IMG/VR virus record: IMGVR_UViG_2537561944_000042
Length of the DNA stretch: 57,168 nt
Strand: one strand, 5' to 3'
DNA from: a virus
Taxonomy: Duplodnaviria > Heunggongvirae > Uroviricota > Caudoviricetes
Positions 49,629-57,168 of this stretch are shown one piece after another (the first letter of the stretch is position 1; each line of letters opens with the position of its first letter). Both the position numbers and the translations under genes were made by a program. The notes beneath the pieces are model-generated. The model saw nothing but the letters and a program-made list of their open reading frames with translations, did not search any database and was not told the origin of the DNA.

Positions 49629-51472
49629 TGAAAGTAACTGCAAACGGTAAGACATTTACCTTTCCTGATGGTACGAGCACCGAAGATATTGGCACCGCCA
49701 TTGATGAGTATTTTGCTGGTCAGGCTGTTCAGCAACAAACAGTTAATCAGGCCAATAATGCACCAACACGGGACGAACCATCATTGATGCAACAAGCTGG
49801 CGATTGGCTCACTGGTGGTCAAAGTGCAGGGCAAATTGCAGAACAGGCTGGTCGTGGTCTGGTAAACATACCATTTGACGTATTGCAGGGTGGCGCAAGT
49901 CTGATTAATGCAATCAGTCAGGGGCTTGGTGGGCCAAAAGTTTTGGATGATGTTTATCGTCCAGTAGACAAACCGACAGACCCATACGCACAAGCCGGTG
50001 AAACAATTGGTGGGTATTTAGTTCCAGGAGTTGGAACGGCAGGAAGCATGGCTATTGGATCGCTGGCAGAGGCCGCAAATCAGAAAGGCGATTTCGCACA
50101 AAATGCAGCTAAAAATGCCGGAGTTAACCTTGCCGCTCAGGGTGTTCTTTCCGCAGCAGCAAAGGGAATAGGGCGTGGAATAACGGCTATAAAAGGTGAT
50201 ATTGCGCCAGAAGTGGCGAAGAAAATTGCCACATCAGAATCGATGGGCGTGACACCAATGACATCTGATGTTATCCCGCCGAAAAATGCTTTCACTCGCG
50301 GCCTTACTCAGGATGCCGAGGGGGCTTTGCTCGGGACGGGCTCAAAGCGAGCAGAGCAATATGCAACGCGTAGTAAGCTGGTAAGCAATTATTTTGACCG
50401 TTTTGGTGAGTACAACCCTGATGATGTGGTGAAATCTCTGACCACCACGTTAAGGGGGCGGAAGGATGCTGCTGGCGCTGTTATCAATGACGTCACCAAT
50501 AAAATGGGTAATGCCGCAGTTGATACTACAAATACCATGAATGCTCTGAATACAGCGATCGCAAGACAGGAACGGCTTGGGACTTCAGCCAATCAAAGCC
50601 TGCTTACATCCTTGCGTAACCTGCGTGAAGAATTAGCAAACCCTGCAACTGATTTGGATGTTACGTTTGATCTCTTGCGTCAGCACAGAACAGCATTTAG
50701 ATCTAATGTTCAGGGAGATGCTATGGTCTTCCCCAACCAGGCAAAAGCAGCTACCAATATGGTAGAGAATGCAATGTCAAAAGACCTTCGTAACGCAGTT
50801 GCAAAAAACCTCGGTGCGTCAGACGCAGCAAAATACCTTAAAGCAAATTCCGATTATGCAAACGTTTATAATAAGGTGCTTAATAAAAACATTGCTAACA
50901 AGCTCAACAAGGCAAGCAGTGAAGCCAGTCCTGAACTTATAAATACTGTTGTATTAAGCAGAAAACCATCTGACGTGAAACGAATCTGGAGCGCATTGGA
51001 TGATAAAGGGAAAGATGCTATGCGTGCAGCTTACGTCAGCAAAATAGCGGAAAAGGCCGGTGACTCTCCAGCCAAGTTCATCACTGAAGTTAATAAGCTG
51101 AAATCTCAGTCAGGTGGTGAAATTTACAACACTATTTTTTCTGGAAAGCACATGAAAGAGCTTGATTCTCTTCATGAAGTTCTACAGAAAACAGCAAGGT
51201 CAGACACCGCAAATGTAGTAACTCAGACTGGGCAATCGCAAGCCAACAGGATAAGGACGATTGGCGCAACTGCGACTCTTGGCGTATCAATGGGGCTTGA
51301 GGCTGGTTTCGGTGCAATGATGCGCTTGTATGAGTCCAAAGCAGCAAGGAATGCTCTCTTACGTTTGGCAAACACCAAAGCAGGAACACCAGCCTATGAA
51401 AGAGCGCTAAATAATGCTGCAAATGCGATACGCCCTATACTCTCAAGCCAAATTACAGCAGAACAGCAATAA
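49625..51472 (+). CDS. ejection protein (P22 gp16-like)
   Basis: 615-aa ORF, same size and position as P22 gp16. Confidence 0.6.
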
Positions 51473-51486
51473 AAGATAAGATGTAA

Positions 51487-51972
51487 CTACCTGATATTAC
51501 TGCTACTGTTGCATGTTACCGTGTTTCCAAATCCTGAATTGCAGTTTGTATATGTGTCAACGCGTGTTGGGTAAGGTTGAGTTATAACAGGCTGGCGCGC
51601 TTTTTGCTCGATCGCTTGCATTGTGTTTACAGCCTGATAATTCAATAAAGCCTGCTGGAATGCTTGGCTTTGTGCTATTTGTTGGGCTTGTTCTTGGCTT
51701 TGTAATTGAACATAAAGATTCTGAAGCTCAAGTCTTGCCTGTGCGTCACTTATCTTGCCTTCATCGACACCTTTCCCGAGCATCTTTGCAGCAAGGACAT
51801 ACAGCTTAGGTGTTGGTGCTGATGCCATGCGTGAGTCGTTCTTCACACTGGCATCAAGGCAATTAGCCATATCGCTAAGCTTTTGATAGCGTTGTTCGCA
51901 ACTTGCTTGATAGTCACTTACTTTTGCGCATCCAACCAGCAGAAACGGGATAATTAACAGTGATTTTTTCAT
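51487..51972 (-). CDS. lipoprotein encoded antisense to the late operon (moron; candidate superinfection-exclusion or surface-modification factor)
   Basis: Signal peptide with lipobox MKKSLLIIPFLLVGC; Q-rich C-terminal region; ATG at 51972. Confidence 0.6.
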   Translation of the reverse strand: MKKSLLIIPFLLVGCAKVSDYQASCEQRYQKLSDMANCLDASVKNDSRMASAPTPKLYVLAAKMLGKGVDEGKISDAQARLELQNLYVQLQSQEQAQQIAQSQAFQQALLNYQAVNTMQAIEQKARQPVITQPYPTRVDTYTNCNSGFGNTVTCNSSSNIR

Positions 51973-52042
51973 ATGGTTAACTCTCCTTAGTTTTTCACAG
52001 GATATCATGAAGGCAATGCCATTTTAGCCGGAAACTAGATTT

Positions 52043-52342
52043 CTATGTTTCCTTTTTATTATTGCTATACATGGTCTTAAGCGTTTCAAAAACCATTTTC
52101 TTAACCATATCAGATTGTTGTTCTGCCATACGCTCTGCATCATCAATGTAAACGGATGCAGAGCTTTGTTTAGCCAACGATTCTTCAATCGCTGCAATTA
52201 TCTCTGAGTTCAGCGACCTGTTATTCATCTTCGCGCGCTGTTTAATTTTCGCGTGGAGTTCATGCGGAAGTCTCAAGTGAAACTGCGCCTCGTCGTATTT
52301 GCTGTACATCCTTGATGCCTCACCAGTTGGGTGGAATGGCAT
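52043..52342 (-). CDS. mnt: Mnt-like ribbon-helix-helix repressor (Arc/MetJ family)
   Basis: ...FHLRLPHELHAKIKQRAKMNNRSLNSEIIAAIEES...AERMAEQQSDMVKKMVFETLK parallels P22 Mnt as recalled. Confidence 0.75.
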   Translation of the reverse strand: MPFHPTGEASRMYSKYDEAQFHLRLPHELHAKIKQRAKMNNRSLNSEIIAAIEESLAKQSSASVYIDDAERMAEQQSDMVKKMVFETLKTMYSNNKKET

Positions 52343-52430
52343 CGTAACCTACTGGATAAATACTCAATAGTACCATTTCGGTATGCAATCACATCATGGT
52401 TGCATCATATCATTCTTCTGGAGCAATGAA

Positions 52431-54554
52431 ATGTCAGATATCACCGCAAATGTTGTGGTCAGCATGCCTTCGCAACTCTTCACTATGTCTCGCTCTTTTA
52501 AAGCCGTAGCCAATGGAAAAATTTATATCGGTAAAATTGACACTGACCCGGTAAATCCAGAAAACCAGATTCAGGTTTATGTGGAAAACGAAGACGGTTC
52601 TCACGTTCCTGTTTCGCAACCAATCATCATTAACGCTGCTGGTTACCCTGTATATAACGGACAGATTGCCAAGTTCGTAACTGTGCAAGGCCATTCTATG
52701 GCTGTTTATGATGCATACGGTGCGCAGCAGTTCTATTTTCCGAATGTGCTAAAGTATGATCCAGATCAGTTTAAGGGCAATCTCCTGAGCGAAGATCACT
52801 CACTTGGCGACTCTCTAGTCATGCATAACCCACAGTTTGTCGATAGCACATCGACCATTCTCTCAAAAAAGCTAACTATCGACCTGAGGACGCTTACAGA
52901 CTACGGGTTTGCTGAGGGAAACACCGGTGCTCAGAACAAAGCTGCATTTCAGAAGGCTATTGATGATGCTACGTTGCCAACTGAGATTGTTATACCAGAG
53001 GGGGCGTTCATTGTTGACCCTGGTATTACGATTAAGAATACTGTCACCATGATACGAGGTGCTGGCGCATATCAGTCCAGAATTTTCTCTACGGGTACAG
53101 CGGCACCGATAATCACGCAACAAGATGGGGTAATTACGTTCTGCGAGTTCAGGGACTTTGGTCTTGACGGAAATGGCTACGCAGCTAACGGCATCAGTCT
53201 TACTGAAGCCAACCACATTAAAATAGAAAATATTGACGTGGTTAATACTAATAACAACGCAATATTAGTTAACGGTTACTCCATTGACATCATTGGGTGC
53301 CGGTTGTTTCAAAACGCCGGTAACGGTATTAATGTTGGTGGTTACTGCAATAATATTAATATAATCAACAGCCGTATCTATGGTAACGGAGCCGGTGGAG
53401 TTTTACTTACGCCAGCTTACGCTGAGGGCGGTATGAGCGTCAGAGTTAATGGCAACAATATAGAGCAAAATAAGTTCTACGGACTTTTGGCTTACGGGGT
53501 TAAAGGCCTTAACCTTGATGCTAACTATTGGGAACGCAACGGTGAGATTGGTTACCCGTATAGTGTACCTGAGTCTATTACAGTACGTGCGGATATCCAC
53601 CTTATCGCGAACAATTTTACATTAATTCCTGACCTTTCAAAAATTAATGATACCGTATCTATTCGCGGGAATCAGCAGACCGCGATTGGCTACGCCAGCG
53701 CGCTACCTAACCAAGACGGATTTATTTTCACGAACTATGCGAAAAACCTGACGATTGAAAATAATCAGTTATTAGACGCATCGAAAGTGAATAATTTATT
53801 AGCAATGTACCACAATAATCTTTCGTCCAAAGTTACTGACAGGCTATATCTTGCCAACAACACAGTGAACTCCATCGGATACGTTGGTAGTTATGACCCG
53901 GCGACACAAAACCCTGACACTGCGCATTTAATAGATATTGCGAACAGAGAGTTAACTGCTAACTATCTTGATCGAAATATGTTGCTCTGGACTGCGGCAT
54001 CTGGAACTACAGGAACATTGATAAAAACTCAAAACATCTATGCTGGTAATTATTCATTCTTAGTTACGACAGGAGATAGAGTTTGGGGACGAACGATAGA
54101 CCTCAACAAATCACCAGAACTAAAAGGGAAATTTGTATGGTTTGGTGCGTGGGTCAATGACCAGGGATCAGCGTCAAAACTTATGTTTATAATTAATGGT
54201 GCAGGACAAACAGACTCTACAGCACCTTTAGCTGGTAATGGGAAATGGAGCTATGTTAGTTGTGGTGTGTATATATACGAAACTGATACAGCTATAAATG
54301 TTGGTATAAGAAATTATGGTTCAGGAAATGTACTCATAAACTCACCTTCTCTATGTGCATATGGAATGCCATCAAACGCGTTGCAAGTTGAAAAAACAAC
54401 ATTTTATCTTTCGTCAGTACCTACATCCGGTTTCTGGGATATAGGTGAGCGTGTTATCAATAGCGCACCTGCTTCAGGACAACCAAAGGCATGGACATGC
54501 AATATTCCAGGTGGGCCAGGAACCTATTCTTTCTTATCAGAGGGAAACTTTTAA
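52431..54554 (+). CDS. tailspike protein (P22 gp9-like N-terminal head-binding domain plus divergent beta-helix receptor-binding domain)
   Basis: [13 protein letters not shown]...[40 protein letters not shown]... matches the P22 tailspike N-terminus as recalled; ATG at 52431 with GGAG RBS. Confidence 0.85.
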   Translation: MSDITANVVVSMPSQLFTMSRSFKAVANGKIYIGKIDTDPVNPENQIQVYVENEDGSHVPVSQPIIINAAGYPVYNGQIAKFVTVQGHSMAVYDAYGAQQFYFPNVLKYDPDQFKGNLLSEDHSLGDSLVMHNPQFVDSTSTILSKKLTIDLRTLTDYGFAEGNTGAQNKAAFQKAIDDATLPTEIVIPEGAFIVDPGITIKNTVTMIRGAGAYQSRIFSTGTAAPIITQQDGVITFCEFRDFGLDGNGYAANGISLTEANHIKIENIDVVNTNNNAILVNGYSIDIIGCRLFQNAGNGINVGGYCNNINIINSRIYGNGAGGVLLTPAYAEGGMSVRVNGNNIEQNKFYGLLAYGVKGLNLDANYWERNGEIGYPYSVPESITVRADIHLIANNFTLIPDLSKINDTVSIRGNQQTAIGYASALPNQDGFIFTNYAKNLTIENNQLLDASKVNNLLAMYHNNLSSKVTDRLYLANNTVNSIGYVGSYDPATQNPDTAHLIDIANRELTANYLDRNMLLWTAASGTTGTLIKTQNIYAGNYSFLVTTGDRVWGRTIDLNKSPELKGKFVWFGAWVNDQGSASKLMFIINGAGQTDSTAPLAGNGKWSYVSCGVYIYETDTAINVGIRNYGSGNVLINSPSLCAYGMPSNALQVEKTTFYLSSVPTSGFWDIGERVINSAPASGQPKAWTCNIPGGPGTYSFLSEGNF

Positions 54555-54590
54555 AAGACCTATGTATTGAAATGATTACTTTGATCTGGT

Positions 54591-55766
54591 ATGTTTAAAA
54601 AAATCAGTAAAACACATTTTGATATGGAAAGAAAAACAAATAAGTTAGACTCTATTCAAGTCCTTAGAGGGATCGCGGTACTTCTAGTCATTGCGTTTCA
54701 CTTTAGAGTATATTTAAATGGAGTGTATGCCCAAAAGGACTTGGGCGACATTCTTTTTGGTATAGGTGAGGTTGGTGTTGATATATTCTTTGTTATAAGT
54801 GGATTTATCATTACTTATTCTTCAATGAATAAGGCAAAAAACCGGCCAATGGTGTTTGCTGCTAAGCGTTTTTTTAGGTTGTACCCTGTTTACTTTATAA
54901 TCCTTACTCTGGCTATATACCTCAACTATGAGGCAATATATACATCATCACAAATAATAAAGAGCTACTTGCTCATACCAATTGACTATAATTTTATAGG
55001 GCCATGGTCAGGTTATAGTATAATAATACCTGCATGGACACTAACGTATGAAATTTGGTTCTATGTGGTTTTCTTTTTTTCATTATGCATCAGCCATAAA
55101 TATAGAACTGCGATCGCATCATTTCTTCTCATCATTATTTGCGTTCTTGGTCAACTGTACTTTCACGGAGATGTTTTTCTAAATCCTATCGCGCAACCGC
55201 CATCTGGTGATGGAATTATTCGTAATCTGGTATTTGTATCAAATCCAATAATATATGACTTTATTTTGGGGATGATTATTGCAGAGGCCTACATTAGGCT
55301 ACCTTCTAGACTTATAAATAAAATGCCTGTTGTTCAATTTCTTAATATTACATTAGCGATTGCCTTGCTTTTTTTATGTCTAGGGTTAAGGAATGGACCT
55401 GGAATTGTAGCATGGGGGGCTTATTCATTTATGATTATAGCCCCAATAGTCCTTATTTCTAAGTGTAGGGATGTATATAGAAATAAAATTCTAACGTATG
55501 TTGGTGAAATATCCTATTCACTTTACATTAATCATATGGTTGTATACAGTCTTGCTGTTTTATATCTCAAACCGTACGGGGTATTGGATAGTAAAGGATT
55601 TGGTGTTTTTCTAGCTATGATTTGCGCTACTTTTATTATATCAATCATATCTTATAACTTTATTGAAAAACCATCAGTATCCATAGGGCATGCCATCGCT
55701 CGTAGAATGCAAAAAAAATCAGATGTATCTTCAATTAAAACTGAATCCGTTAGAGAAGCACCTTGA
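54591..55766 (+). CDS. acyltransferase-3 family membrane protein (O-antigen acetyltransferase-like lysogenic conversion gene); start may be the second ATG at 54624
   Basis: 391-aa polytopic membrane ORF; N-terminal ...VLRGIAVLLVIAFHF... typical of acyltransferase 3; AT-rich. Confidence 0.8.
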   Translation: MFKKISKTHFDMERKTNKLDSIQVLRGIAVLLVIAFHFRVYLNGVYAQKDLGDILFGIGEVGVDIFFVISGFIITYSSMNKAKNRPMVFAAKRFFRLYPVYFIILTLAIYLNYEAIYTSSQIIKSYLLIPIDYNFIGPWSGYSIIIPAWTLTYEIWFYVVFFFSLCISHKYRTAIASFLLIIICVLGQLYFHGDVFLNPIAQPPSGDGIIRNLVFVSNPIIYDFILGMIIAEAYIRLPSRLINKMPVVQFLNITLAIALLFLCLGLRNGPGIVAWGAYSFMIIAPIVLISKCRDVYRNKILTYVGEISYSLYINHMVVYSLAVLYLKPYGVLDSKGFGVFLAMICATFIISIISYNFIEKPSVSIGHAIARRMQKKSDVSSIKTESVREAP

Positions 55767-56010
55767 TAAATAGAGCAATAGCCAGATAGCACCTAACCGA
55801 TTTCGTACTCATAGGGTTGTCACTTTACCAAACTGAGAGGAAATACACTGATAACAGTTGGTTATGAAGTACTGGGTGAGGTGGATGTGAATGGTATTTT
55901 GATGCATTTCATTAACCTGTACGCCTAAGAAAGCAACCCTGAAATCTAAGACACACAAGCTTTGCACTGGATTGCAAGGCTTTGTGCACTTCGATAGTGG
56001 TTAAGGTGGT

Positions 56011-57168
56011 TCACTCCACCTTTTCATCAAGCCAGTCCGCCCACCATTGCATCATTTCTCTGCGCTTATCGAGATACTGAGCATGGTTGTAAATACCGCG
56101 CACAGATCCGCCGTTGGCATGTGCCAGTTGCACTTCAATAGCGTCAGCAGGCCATTCGTGCTCGTTCATAATCGTGCTGAATTCATGCCTGAATCCGTGA
56201 CCGCTTTCCAGACCCTCATAGCCGATTTGTTTGATCACAAGTAGCACCGCGTTCTCGCAGATTGGCTTCTTCTTATCGTTGCGCCCGGCAAAAACAAATT
56301 CTGATACTGGTTTGGTGATGGAGCTTAACGTAGTGAGAAGTTCAACCACCTGGTCCGACATCGGGACAACATGAATTTTGCGTCCCTTCATCACATTGGC
56401 GTCAATGGTGATAATCCTGTTTTCAAAATCGACGTTCTTCCATTGCATGGAACGAAGCTCTTTTGTTCTTAGGGCTGTGTAGCGTAAAACCTTGGTGGCA
56501 ATGAGCGATACGATACTTCCTGAAAATGTTGCCAGTGCTTTATTGAATGCCGGGATCTGGTCTGCAGGAAGAAACGGGAAGTTCTTCTTGCGGTATCCCC
56601 TCATGGCGTCAGCAAGGTCAGGTGCCGGGTTATATTTAGCCCTGCCGGTGACAATAGCGTAACGGAAAACCTCGCCGCATCTTCTGCGGGCTTTATTTGC
56701 TCGCTCCATTGCACCGCGATCTTCAAATCTGCGGATTACTTCCAGCAGTTGCATCGGCTCAATATCCTGAATTTCAAGGCCGCCGATGATAGGCAAAATG
56801 TCGTCATCAAACATTTTTGCAAGTTCAGTCGCATACCCTACTGACCATACTTGCTTCTTGTGCTCGTACCATTCCTTGTAAATCGCACTAAAGGAATTGT
56901 TGTTAGACGAAGCCTTTTTCGCCTTTACCGGATCGATGCCAACCGAGATGTCTTTCCTCGCAGTCCATGCCTTATCCCTTGCCTCCTGCAAAGTCATTAG
57001 CGGATATTTTCCGACGGTCAGGATTTTCTCCTTACCGTCAATCTTGTAGCGAAGCTGCCATACCTTTTTCCCGGATACAGGAACATAAAGGTACAGGCCA
57101 TTACCATCGAGAAGGCGGTATGGTTTTTCTTTCGGCTTTGCTGCTTCAATCTGCTTAACGGTGAGCAT
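56011..57168 (-). CDS. intS: P4-type tyrosine integrase, apparently intact (IntS-like); ATG sits exactly at the window edge
   Basis: 385-aa ORF; N-terminal MLTVKQIEAAKPKEKPYRLLDGNGLYLYV...; C-terminal catalytic region with HGFRHEF and YNHAQY; symbol from memory of E. coli CPS-53 IntS. Confidence 0.8.
   Translation of the reverse strand: MLTVKQIEAAKPKEKPYRLLDGNGLYLYVPVSGKKVWQLRYKIDGKEKILTVGKYPLMTLQEARDKAWTARKDISVGIDPVKAKKASSNNNSFSAIYKEWYEHKKQVWSVGYATELAKMFDDDILPIIGGLEIQDIEPMQLLEVIRRFEDRGAMERANKARRRCGEVFRYAIVTGRAKYNPAPDLADAMRGYRKKNFPFLPADQIPAFNKALATFSGSIVSLIATKVLRYTALRTKELRSMQWKNVDFENRIITIDANVMKGRKIHVVPMSDQVVELLTTLSSITKPVSEFVFAGRNDKKKPICENAVLLVIKQIGYEGLESGHGFRHEFSTIMNEHEWPADAIEVQLAHANGGSVRGIYNHAQYLDKRREMMQWWADWLDEKVE

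Larger units (their letters stand above)
15401..57168. mobile_element. mosaic temperate prophage (lambda-like regulatory, replication, nin and lysis genes; Sf6/P22-like virion module), continuing beyond the window edge
   Basis: Contiguous order xis, early genes, erf, N-like, cI, cro, cII, O, helicase, nin, Q, S-R-Rz, terminase, portal, coat, tail, mnt, tailspike, acyltransferase, int. Confidence 0.85.

Noticed and set aside
1-57168. CRISPR array or other regularly spaced short direct repeats
   Set aside because: No run of evenly spaced 25-40-bp repeats was seen; the only structured repeats are the ori iterons, the Q-S duplication and IS termini.

Overview
The window reads as an Enterobacteriaceae (E. 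coli/Shigella-type) accessory region holding two mobile elements in tandem, separated by a 15-nt copy of a tRNA-Arg 3' end at 15401..15415 (minus strand). All calls are from reading the sequence and ORF track; no searches were run, and family or sequence identities are from memory. (1) Positions 1..~15400 look like a decayed integrative island. It ends in a P4-type tyrosine integrase gene broken by one in-frame TAA, and carries IS debris: an IS66-family element abutting a 5'-truncated second IS66-family copy, and an IS3-like element with a frameshifted orfB. Its cargo is the best candidate for an undescribed system: an AT-rich two-gene cassette (272-aa soluble protein plus 244-aa 2-TM membrane protein, 1068..2622), a 338-aa membrane protein (7282..8298), and a 786-aa protein with an N-terminal HsdR_N/Mrr-like PD-(D/E)xK nuclease motif fused to a P-loop NTPase (8942..11302). 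(2) Positions ~15400..57168 are a near-complete mosaic prophage running to the window edge. It has a lambda-like immunity, replication, nin, Q and S-R-Rz/Rz1 backbone, a P22-like Erf recombination module, and an Sf6/P22-like podovirus morphogenesis module with Mnt, tailspike and an O-antigen acyltransferase. A second, apparently intact P4-type integrase (IntS-like) sits at the right edge. An IS3-family element is inserted in the prophage early-left operon. No CRISPR array, rRNA or intact tRNA gene was seen. ORF-track coordinates include the stop codon, and some track starts are non-ATG, so starts were adjusted where an ATG with a plausible RBS was visible.
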